A stretch of DNA of 64,000 bases from a virus. The stretch lies in the IMG/VR virus record IMGVR_UViG_3300045988_172855; one strand, given 5' to 3'. The position numbers and the translations under genes were made by a program. How positions within the stretch are numbered: position 1 is the stretch's first letter; each line of letters opens with the position of its first letter. Below are positions 46,198 through 55,522 of this stretch, in pieces. The notes below the pieces were generated by a model. It had not been told where the DNA came from, did not search any database, and saw only the letters and a program-made list of their open reading frames with translations.

Positions 46198-46458
46198 TCA
46201 AATACAATTTCTCATATATGTTTTCCTATCAATCATACCGTTTTCTGATTCTTCTACCAAGCCAAAGAATGTATTAGCATAACAAACATGCTTGTCTATC
46301 ATTATACATATTCCATCAGACGGATAATATTCACATGAAACATTATCATCCCAATCTATATGTTTTTGTGCTTCTTTGGATATATCATCACAAGCAATCA
46401 TATACTCTATGTATTTATTAGATGCTTTTCTTATTTTATCAAATATATTTCCTTTCAT
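46198..46458 (-). CDS. hypothetical protein
   Basis: 86-aa co-directional ORF. Confidence 0.5.
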   Translation of the reverse strand: MKGNIFDKIRKASNKYIEYMIACDDISKEAQKHIDWDDNVSCEYYPSDGICIMIDKHVCYANTFFGLVEESENGMIDRKTYMRNCI

Positions 46459-46468
46459 GGCTTTTCAA

Positions 46469-46729
46469 TTACTCAATATATAAAACAGTCCCTCTATGTA
46501 TCATATCTTCCAATTCTCTTTCCGAAAACTCATCGAATGTATGTTTATCCATAGTGCAAAAATGATACCTTACAAGATGCTTTTCATAATTGATGTTTTT
46601 ATGATAATCAATCATTACATCACTTATAACCGCCTCAACAATCTTACCGTTTACAACAAAAGAAAAACGTGTTCCGACATCATAACACACCTTCTTAAAC
46701 AAAAGAACTTTACTTTCATTCATTTTCAA
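46469..46729 (-). CDS. hypothetical protein
   Basis: 86-aa ORF with AAGGAG 7 nt upstream of the ATG. Confidence 0.5.
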   Translation of the reverse strand: MKMNESKVLLFKKVCYDVGTRFSFVVNGKIVEAVISDVMIDYHKNINYEKHLVRYHFCTMDKHTFDEFSERELEDMIHRGTVLYIE

Positions 46730-47574
46730 TCTCCTTTCCCATAAACATTTACAAACTCGCTGACATCCATATAGTCTATACCGAAATTCTCGGCTGTTTT
46801 CTTGTCACTGTCCGAAAACTGCCCTTCAAGACCGCTTGCATCACCAATCATTAGACAATCTTCTACCTCCAAACTGCAATCTTTCCATGTCTTGTAATTA
46901 TCAAAAAGTTCTTCAAGCATTCCGGTATTCGGCTTTCTCATAGGGTTGCTTCTGTCATTGCTTCCGCAATACTTAAAACGCGTATCAATGTTGCAATAAT
47001 CCATTATACTGTAATTCACATACTCACATTTTACATAAATGAATGATTCCGGAAACAGACCCTTTTCTATCCCTCCCTGGTTTGTCACGATAAAAATTAC
47101 TTTAGGATTCAGATTCTTTATTGCATCTAGGACGTCAAACTTAAACTTCATGTCCCATATACCATTTGGAAACGTCTCACCGCTTGCAGTTTCTATTAAC
47201 GTCCCGTCCATATCACAAAACAAAACTTTATACTTTTTCATTTTTCTATGTGTTTTACTGTTCTTATTCCTTTTTCTGCGTTTCGCAATCTGCTTTCTGA
47301 CACACCTATCGTCCTTGATACGGCATTTCGTTTTAGGTGAATCAAATGAAATCATATCAAAACCTTCAACAACAGGCTTATTGTAATATAGAATAGACGT
47401 TTCTTCATTATCAATCTTATCCTTATCCGTTACTATAACAGCATCACAATCACTGTTTCTAGCTTCCTCAACAGAATCATAACGTTCAAGGGAATATCCT
47501 GTTTCCAGATTTTCAAATAGAAGGTATTCGGATGAATTTATCATTGAACCTACAACAGCAATCTTCTTAGTCAT
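46726..47574 (-). CDS. HAD-IIIA phosphatase (PNKP 3'-phosphatase / HisB-like) with an extra N-terminal domain
   Basis: The C-terminal half has FCDMDGTLIE (DxDxT), IVTNQGG and MIGDASG. A strongly basic linker, KRRKRNKNSKTHRKMKK, joins the two halves. Confidence 0.65.
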   Translation of the reverse strand: MTKKIAVVGSMINSSEYLLFENLETGYSLERYDSVEEARNSDCDAVIVTDKDKIDNEETSILYYNKPVVEGFDMISFDSPKTKCRIKDDRCVRKQIAKRRKRNKNSKTHRKMKKYKVLFCDMDGTLIETASGETFPNGIWDMKFKFDVLDAIKNLNPKVIFIVTNQGGIEKGLFPESFIYVKCEYVNYSIMDYCNIDTRFKYCGSNDRSNPMRKPNTGMLEELFDNYKTWKDCSLEVEDCLMIGDASGLEGQFSDSDKKTAENFGIDYMDVSEFVNVYGKGD

Positions 47575-47723
47575 ATTTTATTATTTTTATAATGATTACA
47601 ATACTTAGGAGTTTTCCTAGCCGTTATTCTCTTCTGTAAAGCCATGCAATACATAAACGGACGAATACCTTGATAGTGTATGCACTCACTACAATGCACT
47701 CCTAAATTCATTACCTTTGCCAT
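47571..47723 (-). CDS. small Cys-rich protein (50 aa, below the track cut-off)
   Basis: Hand translation: MAKVMNLGVHCSECIHYQGIRPFMYCMALQKRITARKTPKYCNHYKNNKI*. AAGGAG lies 8 nt upstream, and there is an ATGA overlap with the next gene. Confidence 0.45.
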   Translation of the reverse strand: MAKVMNLGVHCSECIHYQGIRPFMYCMALQKRITARKTPKYCNHYKNNKI

Positions 47724-47728
47724 AACAA

Positions 47729-48079
47729 TTACTCCTTTACTAGTTCTATCTTAGTGTTCATAAGACAAACATACAAGTTCACCTCCGACATGGTTCCATC
47801 TTTCTTCACCTTGCTAAACAATGGCTCAACGTTATCAAGAAAATCAATTTTATAATCCCTGACATAGGCGTATTGTTTTCTTTCGGGGACAGTAACACTT
47901 TCTAAGCTATCTAATTTTGTATATGTAGATGCAGGAGTGGTAATACACACCTTGCTTCCGATAGGATACTTCACATTGGATTCAATGTACTCTTTTTCTA
48001 ATTTTATCATTTCGTTCTTCAATTCATTCATCTTTGAATTGATAATTTCTCTCTTTGCTTTAAATTCTTCTTTATTCAT
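47729..48079 (-). CDS. hypothetical protein
   Basis: 116-aa ORF with an N-terminal coiled coil. Confidence 0.55.
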   Translation of the reverse strand: MNKEEFKAKREIINSKMNELKNEMIKLEKEYIESNVKYPIGSKVCITTPASTYTKLDSLESVTVPERKQYAYVRDYKIDFLDNVEPLFSKVKKDGTMSEVNLYVCLMNTKIELVKE

Positions 48080-48560
48080 ATCTACATGCTTTATTGTATT
48101 TACATTCTTTACATTTAATTTCGTTATAAAGAGCTCCTTCGTATTCGTCGTTACATAAAATGTATCCTCTAGGAGTATTCCAAAATTTATGTCTCAGAAA
48201 ATCTAAGTATTCTTCTGAAAATCTACTTTGACTTTCTAACGGATTTCGAAGACCTCTTTGTCTAAGAATTCGAGAAACCATAAACATCTTCTCTGACGTT
48301 CTCTCGTTCCATTGTTTTATCGAGTTTAAACACAAACATTTTGCTAAAGTGATATAGAATATTCCCGAATTCTTTCTATCAGATAAAACAATCTGAAACG
48401 ACAGATATTTCCATATCTCATCAGTTGTATTGATCTTAGAATTTATCATAAACTTATTTATTAAATTTATATTTCTCTGAGATCGTTTCAATTCGTAACC
48501 TGGACTATTATTCAGTCTAGCTATCAAATATTCGTATATATCACAAAACTCATCTATCAT
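48072..48560 (-). CDS. hypothetical protein
   Basis: 162-aa ORF, first gene after the promoter box at 48620..48653. Confidence 0.55.
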   Translation of the reverse strand: MIDEFCDIYEYLIARLNNSPGYELKRSQRNINLINKFMINSKINTTDEIWKYLSFQIVLSDRKNSGIFYITLAKCLCLNSIKQWNERTSEKMFMVSRILRQRGLRNPLESQSRFSEEYLDFLRHKFWNTPRGYILCNDEYEGALYNEIKCKECKYNKACRYE

Positions 48561-48579
48561 AACAAAATAGTATCTCTTA

Positions 48580-48615
48580 CTCTTAAAGAAAAGGACGTTT
48601 TGAATTCGTCCTTTT
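48580..48615 (-). terminator. hairpin located between a promoter box and the next ATG (terminator or 5'-UTR structure)
   Basis: 9-bp stem aaaaggacg / cgtcctttt with a 9-nt loop, followed on the minus strand by TTCTTT. Confidence 0.45.
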
Positions 48616-48619
48616 CAAT

Positions 48620-48653
48620 GCCTAAAGATACAAAAATATTATCTATCTACAAC
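48620..48653 (-). promoter_or_regulatory. promoter box
   Basis: Minus strand reads GTTGtagatagataatatttttgTATCTTTAGGCAT, with 19 nt between TTG and TA. Confidence 0.5.
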
Positions 48654-49225
48654 GAATCCTCCCAAATAATTTGTAATTTTAATGTCTCTTCTTGATTATG
48701 CACAATAGGTTTATATCTTGATCCTGAAAATGTAGCTAAGGGGTCTATTTCAGCAACCTTATTGTAATCTATCATAGCTCTCTCTTTATTAATACTTCTT
48801 GAAATCCATAATCCGATCATTTGACCAGGTTCAATATCGCCGATAGTAACTCTAGAATCTTCCGTAGCATCATAAAGCTGAGTATTAAACGGTTTGCTAT
48901 ATATAGAAGGTATTAATTCCATATATTGTTCATCGTTTGTACTCTGAGTAAGAACTGTTGCTCCTATTTGAAAATTACAATAAGCATCTTCAGGAACTTC
49001 AAACCACATTTGAACATTTGATGCGACTTTATCACTATCATTTTGCAAAACAATAGCTCGATATTCTGTTTTTGCGTTCTTAATTGTCAACAAACTTAAT
49101 TCATCGAATAAATTCGAAAAAACATCGTTAGGAACTTGCGTTGATGAAGGAAATCCTCCTATCGAATAAATAGATTTTGTTTGAGCTGCCATATATGCTG
49201 AGCTCACTGTATATAATAGTTTCAT
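48647..49225 (-). CDS. hypothetical protein, probably virion or baseplate associated (by position)
   Basis: 192-aa ORF whose start overlaps the upstream gene's stop by 1 nt, within the fibre gene block. Confidence 0.5.
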   Translation of the reverse strand: MKLLYTVSSAYMAAQTKSIYSIGGFPSSTQVPNDVFSNLFDELSLLTIKNAKTEYRAIVLQNDSDKVASNVQMWFEVPEDAYCNFQIGATVLTQSTNDEQYMELIPSIYSKPFNTQLYDATEDSRVTIGDIEPGQMIGLWISRSINKERAMIDYNKVAEIDPLATFSGSRYKPIVHNQEETLKLQIIWEDSL

Positions 49226-50061
49226 TAGCTTTTTGATTTTGCAAAATTAGACAATGACCAATATTCACTCTTTTTTGTATTATCTACAGAAATAACTCCT
49301 CCATTATTTCTTACACGAGCTAGATAAAACTCGTTGTTTGATTTTGTAGGAGGTTGATCAAGTGTTGTTTCTTGTACAAGGCTAAATGTGTAATAATCGT
49401 AAGTATACAATCCTTCCAACTGAGCATCTGTAAATACCTTGCCCAAAGGTATCGTTCCTAAGATTATTACTTGTAAATTTGTTTCAGCAACAAAGTCAGA
49501 TTCTGACGTTAAAATCAAGTTCTGATTATCCACAACATTAACGATTTGATAAATCCCATTATTTAACGGTTGTGATCCATCGTCTTTAGCAAAACGGATT
49601 GCAACAGGAGTTTTACCTGACTGTCCTCTTACTTTACCACTAAAATTCACAGTTCCAGTAACAGCTCCTTTTTGGTTGATACTAACTAAACCGTCTTCAT
49701 AATTTTTAGTCGAATAACTAACTTTCAACCAATAATAAACGCTATCTGAAGGCACTGCAAAATTGTCATAAATATTTTTGAGATTAATAACTTGTCCAAG
49801 TGAGTTGACGGCCATACCTGGAAGTATTTTTATAGTACCTCCTTGTGTTCCTTGCTCAACTTCAAATGCTTTATTGTCTTCAAAAGTATCATTTGTAACA
49901 AAATCAGCATCAAACTTTTTAGGATTGTTTGTTATAATCCCAAAAGTATAACTTGCACCTATCAAAATTTTACCAAGCAAGGATTCTTGTAAAAATCCTT
50001 GCAAATTCATCAACTCCTCTTTTTCTAGAAAAGTATTTCTATGTACATTTAATTGTGACAT
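49225..50061 (-). CDS. hypothetical protein, probably virion or baseplate associated (by position)
   Basis: 278-aa ORF immediately downstream of the 1809-aa fibre-like gene. Confidence 0.5.
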   Translation of the reverse strand: MSQLNVHRNTFLEKEELMNLQGFLQESLLGKILIGASYTFGIITNNPKKFDADFVTNDTFEDNKAFEVEQGTQGGTIKILPGMAVNSLGQVINLKNIYDNFAVPSDSVYYWLKVSYSTKNYEDGLVSINQKGAVTGTVNFSGKVRGQSGKTPVAIRFAKDDGSQPLNNGIYQIVNVVDNQNLILTSESDFVAETNLQVIILGTIPLGKVFTDAQLEGLYTYDYYTFSLVQETTLDQPPTKSNNEFYLARVRNNGGVISVDNTKKSEYWSLSNFAKSKS

Positions 50062-50077
50062 ATATTATATTTTTTAA

Positions 50078-53000
50078 TTAAAACCAATTAGGAAATTGTT
50101 GTTTAAATAAATCGTAATAAGCAGCTCCTGTACAACCACTAAAACAAGCTGTACTATCTTTAACTTGATCTATTTTAATAATATTTTTAAATATCGGAAC
50201 AGATACTGTAGATATACACAATGGCATTGATAGAGCAATCTGTGTATTACCTATACCGCTATCAGAAATCCCTGGATAATAGATTATTTTAGAACAGCCT
50301 TCAAAAGCACGATCCCAATACAAACAAGTTGTATAAAGACCACTTGTAACTGTCACTTTATCACTTCCTATAGTATATCCAAATAAATCATTAATATTTC
50401 CTTCGAGATTTGTACAATTATAAAACATTTGTGAAATACGTATAATTTTATTCGCATTGTTAGGTGTAACAGATATTCCAACACTTCTCAAGTTTTTACA
50501 AAGAGCAAAACATCTTGTATAGTCAGAACAATCTCTACTAGTAAAGAAATTTGAAGGAATTTGTGTTACACCGCTATTCATAAACGTTTCGACACAAACA
50601 TCGGCATTAACTAGATTAATCGTTGATATATTCAACAAATTTGTTGTACCTAAAAATGTTCTAGTGTAATTATTTAATTCAGTAGATGTGATAGAAAATA
50701 AATTAGAACCTACACTTGATAACCTACTGCAATTAGCAAAAGCTAATTCGAAAGTTGCATTTCGAACAGATCCTGAAAATACACTCGAAGGTATTGATGT
50801 AATTCCTGATAACTCAGCAAATTTTTTTGCTATAAAAGATCCACCTGAATAAGCTGAAATCGTACAAGGCGAAGATAAATTACCGCAACCGCTAAACATA
50901 TCCTCACAACTCGTAATGTTAACAGCATTGATGTTTGCCTGAATGTTTGATAAATTACTGAGATTAAACATATTAGACACATCGCAACCTCTAGATGAAG
51001 GAGATATTGTTCCGGTAACCGAATTTAAATTCTTAGTATTTTGGAAACAATACGTATAACTCTCGATATTTGATCCACCTAATACGTCATTCAAATTAAT
51101 AGATCTTGACAAGCCTGAAGATGCATAAGTATATTTATAATTTGTTCCAAAAGAAAGACATCCCTTTGGAACGCTTCTCAAAGAAGAACATCCAAAGAAA
51201 AAACGTTCAGTTGAACCTGACATCAAACTAGTAGTCCAACCCGGTATTGATGTTAAATTTCTACATCCATCAAATGCTGATTGAGACCAAGATGTATTCA
51301 CTTTCGAAGTAAACCATTTCAAAACTCTAATTAAACTTGTTTTAAAATTCGAACTTAAATCTCCCCATTGTAACGTAGCATTCATTCCGTTAAAATCAAA
51401 TAAGATTCTGTAAGTTCCTTGTTTGCTGTACGTATGACTTTTCTCACCTAAAGTTTGACTTCCATCACCCCAACTTACTCTTAGATTATTTATTCCTGTT
51501 GATCCTGTATTTTTAATAGGTAGTACAACGCTACTTGTTAAGACTTCGAGTAATGCACCGTCACCTTCCATAGTAATGAAAATTGTTTTTGTTGTCTCAT
51601 TAGCACCTACCGAATAACTTCCTCTTTCTGAAAAATAATCAGGCGAGGTGGCTGTCCAAGAATAAGATGCTGCACAAGGAACGTACCAAGATACTTGTCC
51701 ATTACTTCCTGTTACACCTGAACTCACATTGTCTTCAACTGTTACACCTGAAATAGGCATATTATTGGTATCGACAACTCTATATGTAACCTGACAAACA
51801 TTTCTTTTCAATGTCAAATTAATATAAACATCGTCGTTACTTATAGAACCCGATCCATTTTGACTTTGATATCCTGGCTTAAACGCCTGCCAATTAAATG
51901 AGAATCCTGACAAATAAGGACCAAAATTAGCCTTACCGTCTCTTGTCGTATACTTCGTTTGACTGTTTAATTGAATAGTTACATTATCGACAGGAGAACC
52001 TGAATCGTCTTTTACAGTAAAATAAACTCCGTAATAATCAGCACCTAAACCAATTTCAAAACTAGGATTCTCTGTATCGACAACAAATGATTCTGATCTA
52101 GCTCGATAAGTAGGTTCTTTACTTGCTGTACAAACTAAAGAACTACTTGACAACGGCACATTATAAAATGTCGCATTACCACCTCCATCTGTTACACTAG
52201 ATGAATTGTTAAAAGATACAGATGCGCCTGAAATTGGTAATTTATTATTTAAATCATATACATTAATTGTAACTATAGTCGTTTTTCTGACAAAATTCAA
52301 AGGTATATTCATTTTGCCATATACTGAAAAACTTTCTGCTAAATCATAATAATATGCTCCGTATGTAGCTCGATAATTGTAATTACCTTGTTTTAAAGTC
52401 ACTTTAGCTTCACCGTCAATATTTGTTGTCAATATTTGACCTGTATCTAAAGTAATTGTCGCTCCTGAAAGAAAATCGAATCCTTCTTTTGCTACAAATG
52501 TAACTTCAAATTCGGGCTCAGGTTGTTGAGAGATATAAATAGTATATCTATTATCATCTCTCTCTTCTATATTAACGTTACCTGAAGTTGAGTAATAATC
52601 TTGTTTAGAACAAGTCCATTGCCATATACCAACAACCAAATCCCATGTTTCCGCTACACCATTAATGTTGGTGTATTTTGTTTGGCCATTAATCGTTACC
52701 GCAGCATTTTCTAGAAGAGCTTGACTTTCTTTATCTTTTACAGTTACAGCAAGTTTTCCTCTAGCTTTTTGTAAATCAACTACAATTGCAATAGATTGAT
52801 TTGTTACAACTGCAGTTCCTGTTTGGATTTGATAATCCTTTCTACTTATAGTCCAAGGATAATTACCAGGCACTTTATTAAAAGTAGCGTTACCTTTACC
52901 ATCAGTCGTTAGCGTTTCTTCATCCTCTCCTATCCCTAAAACAATAGGTTGATTTGCTACAGGTTGATTATCAATTCTAACAGTAAATACGATATTATAG

Positions 53001-55507
53001 GTTATCAATTTCATCGTCACCTTAACAGTCTGATTTGCTCCGTTCACAATAACGACTCCTTGTCGAATGTAATATCCTTCTTTGTTTACGGTCCAATTAT
53101 ATGAACCTGAAATCCTTACAAATTGAGCAGTCCCTTCTGCTTGAGTAGTGATTATTTCTGTTCCGATTACAACTTGTGCACCATCAAGAGGTTGATCGTC
53201 CTGATCAACAACAGTAAAGTCAATCGTATATCCTATTTGAACAAGATTGATTTCTTTAACGACATCTTGATCGACGACCTCTATAGAACCTTCTTGTGCA
53301 TAAAACTCAGTCTTAGAAACTTTCCAATTATATGTTCCTGCAATCTCAACAAAATTTGCACGACCATTATTGTCTGTCTGAATAGTAGCTCCATTAAACG
53401 TTACATTACACTTAGATACAGGTAACGAATTATTCTTAACCAGGAACGTTACATTGTACTTAGGAATTGGTTTAAACTGAACATCAATAACTGCATTACC
53501 ATATATCTCAAAATCGCTTTCAACTGTAATATAACCAGGTTTAACTACCTTATAATGATATGTTCCTGCAGCTAGTACAAATCCTGTTGCTAATCCTTGC
53601 GCGTTTGACGATCCTGTTTGATCGTTTATACTCTCTCCCGTTACTAATACAGATGCACCTGAAACTGGATCAACACCATCTCTAATTCTAAACGTTACAT
53701 TATAATAAGGTATAGCTTCCATTTCTACGATTATGTTTGTACTGTCAACAATTTCGATAGTTCTTCTAATCGTATAATAATCTTCTAATTCAGCTACATA
53801 TTGATAAATACCTGGAAATACATCAAACGTCAATATTCCACTTGATTGAGTATATTTTGTTTTCCCTGCAAAAGTCAATTTAACATTTGATAAAGGTTCT
53901 TTCGTAATTTTATCTCTTACATTAAACGTAACAACCCTTTCATAGGCAGCACCTTGTAATTGAATATATTCTACAGCATCTTCTGTTACTAATAGAGAGT
54001 TTTGTACTTCTTCGAAATTTTCAGCCTCAACTTTATATAAATATTGTCCTCTAGGAAGAATAATTATTGCTTCTCCATTTACATCTGTTTTCAAAGATTG
54101 CCCAAATACTGTTATAGTTGCATTTGGAATATATTTATTTCTATTTGAAAAAACCTTAAATAAGATTCGATAAGACTCTTCTCCTATATATGGACGAATT
54201 AATTCGCTGCCAAAAATATTTTTATATCCTATCAAATACTTTTTCAAGTAATTTTCAAGAGTTTGTTTTCCTTGATATGAATTGTTCTTATAATATGCTG
54301 CAATAATATCTCTTTCTCCTAAATAACCTTGAGAAAACGGTAGATATAACGGTTTTACTTTAAAATCATAAACATATACATAAGGAGTATTTCCACTCGA
54401 TCTATCTTGGATAAAAATAGGCGCTATATATTTCATAGTAGGCATTAATGATAATGCTCTACCTGAAGGAAAATTCAAACTTGGTACATCAACGAATTTT
54501 TCGTTATTTGACAAAATAAGTCCTCGTATATTATAATAAATACCTTCATTTAAAAGATTTAAAAATTCTGTCGTATGAAACCACATAGAACTTCCTGTGA
54601 TTTGTCCATTTTCAATAACTCCCATTTCTATAGGATTTCCATCTGTAGTTTCATAGCCTGCTACACCAAACTTGAGATTCTGAGTGTCTGTAGCTGCAGA
54701 TATCTTAACTTGCAAACTAATTTCATAACTCATATTAGGATCAACGATAATCAATTTGTCACGATCAACTCGTCCGTCAATACCAACAACTTGATTGCCG
54801 AAGAAGGTCATTGCATTAAAGATCTCATCACCTTCATTTTCATCTTGCGTTATACTAACACTTTCTGAAACTAGTAGTGGGTAATTACTAAGACTCTCTA
54901 CTCCTAAAGTATACTCAAATCCTTTCGTTACATTCATCACTGTATCAGTTCGATCCCATGTAGGTGAGCTATATCCCATTGACCAACCTGTACTTTCGGG
55001 TCTTAATAAAGCAAAGATAAATTCATCTACTGAATTATATCTTATAAGTCTCAGCAATTCTCCTAGAATCTCACCTTCTGTGTTTATAATATCTAATCTT
55101 CCTCTTTTGGAATACTCTTCGAGATAATTATAGAACAAATACTCCATTTGTTCTTGACTATCAACTAAAGCTGTCACAAGACCTCTGTCCTGAATAAACA
55201 GTTCAAACAAAATTCTATTAGAATCGATTTCTTTATATTTTCGCGCATACAAAACTACGAGTGCGAACATATGTGTTACCGTACCCCAAAATGCCTTAAA
55301 ATCAGGATTATCTTTTTTATTGATAAAAGTCGGAAGGATACCATTTCCTTCCAATTTTGCCAATACATTTTCAGCCCAACCCATTACAGCTTTATCGTTG
55401 ACTTCAAAAAATCTGCTGAATATGGTATTGTTATATACAGGAAACTTTGTCGGTTTAAATAAGTCTCCACAAGGATGTTGTTCTTTCGGATCAAGCGCTT
55501 TTTCCAT
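50078..55507 (-). CDS. giant tail fibre / baseplate-associated adhesin (1809 aa)
   Basis: The N-terminal ~460 aa form a unique domain. About a dozen tandem ~90-aa CarboxypepD_reg-like beta-sandwich repeats follow (V.V.D....P..GA.V...G....TD..G.A.F....G.Y.Y.V...GY). Next comes a PKD-like motif (VSWGDGSQT...HTYSKQGTY). The C-terminus carries BspA-type leucine-rich repeats (FDGCRNLTSI, FFGCSSLRSV, FANCSRLSSV, FALCKNLRSV, FYNCTNLEG). Confidence 0.7.
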   Translation of the reverse strand: MEKALDPKEQHPCGDLFKPTKFPVYNNTIFSRFFEVNDKAVMGWAENVLAKLEGNGILPTFINKKDNPDFKAFWGTVTHMFALVVLYARKYKEIDSNRILFELFIQDRGLVTALVDSQEQMEYLFYNYLEEYSKRGRLDIINTEGEILGELLRLIRYNSVDEFIFALLRPESTGWSMGYSSPTWDRTDTVMNVTKGFEYTLGVESLSNYPLLVSESVSITQDENEGDEIFNAMTFFGNQVVGIDGRVDRDKLIIVDPNMSYEISLQVKISAATDTQNLKFGVAGYETTDGNPIEMGVIENGQITGSSMWFHTTEFLNLLNEGIYYNIRGLILSNNEKFVDVPSLNFPSGRALSLMPTMKYIAPIFIQDRSSGNTPYVYVYDFKVKPLYLPFSQGYLGERDIIAAYYKNNSYQGKQTLENYLKKYLIGYKNIFGSELIRPYIGEESYRILFKVFSNRNKYIPNATITVFGQSLKTDVNGEAIIILPRGQYLYKVEAENFEEVQNSLLVTEDAVEYIQLQGAAYERVVTFNVRDKITKEPLSNVKLTFAGKTKYTQSSGILTFDVFPGIYQYVAELEDYYTIRRTIEIVDSTNIIVEMEAIPYYNVTFRIRDGVDPVSGASVLVTGESINDQTGSSNAQGLATGFVLAAGTYHYKVVKPGYITVESDFEIYGNAVIDVQFKPIPKYNVTFLVKNNSLPVSKCNVTFNGATIQTDNNGRANFVEIAGTYNWKVSKTEFYAQEGSIEVVDQDVVKEINLVQIGYTIDFTVVDQDDQPLDGAQVVIGTEIITTQAEGTAQFVRISGSYNWTVNKEGYYIRQGVVIVNGANQTVKVTMKLITYNIVFTVRIDNQPVANQPIVLGIGEDEETLTTDGKGNATFNKVPGNYPWTISRKDYQIQTGTAVVTNQSIAIVVDLQKARGKLAVTVKDKESQALLENAAVTINGQTKYTNINGVAETWDLVVGIWQWTCSKQDYYSTSGNVNIEERDDNRYTIYISQQPEPEFEVTFVAKEGFDFLSGATITLDTGQILTTNIDGEAKVTLKQGNYNYRATYGAYYYDLAESFSVYGKMNIPLNFVRKTTIVTINVYDLNNKLPISGASVSFNNSSSVTDGGGNATFYNVPLSSSSLVCTASKEPTYRARSESFVVDTENPSFEIGLGADYYGVYFTVKDDSGSPVDNVTIQLNSQTKYTTRDGKANFGPYLSGFSFNWQAFKPGYQSQNGSGSISNDDVYINLTLKRNVCQVTYRVVDTNNMPISGVTVEDNVSSGVTGSNGQVSWYVPCAASYSWTATSPDYFSERGSYSVGANETTKTIFITMEGDGALLEVLTSSVVLPIKNTGSTGINNLRVSWGDGSQTLGEKSHTYSKQGTYRILFDFNGMNATLQWGDLSSNFKTSLIRVLKWFTSKVNTSWSQSAFDGCRNLTSIPGWTTSLMSGSTERFFFGCSSLRSVPKGCLSFGTNYKYTYASSGLSRSINLNDVLGGSNIESYTYCFQNTKNLNSVTGTISPSSRGCDVSNMFNLSNLSNIQANINAVNITSCEDMFSGCGNLSSPCTISAYSGGSFIAKKFAELSGITSIPSSVFSGSVRNATFELAFANCSRLSSVGSNLFSITSTELNNYTRTFLGTTNLLNISTINLVNADVCVETFMNSGVTQIPSNFFTSRDCSDYTRCFALCKNLRSVGISVTPNNANKIIRISQMFYNCTNLEGNINDLFGYTIGSDKVTVTSGLYTTCLYWDRAFEGCSKIIYYPGISDSGIGNTQIALSMPLCISTVSVPIFKNIIKIDQVKDSTACFSGCTGAAYYDLFKQQFPNWF
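51640..54100 (-). repeat. tandem array of diverged ~270-bp units encoding CarboxypepD_reg-like domains
   Basis: The periodic protein motif is visible roughly from aa 470 to aa 1290 of the 1809-aa ORF. Boundaries are approximate. Confidence 0.5.
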
Positions 55508-55522
55508 TTTACATTCTTTTAA

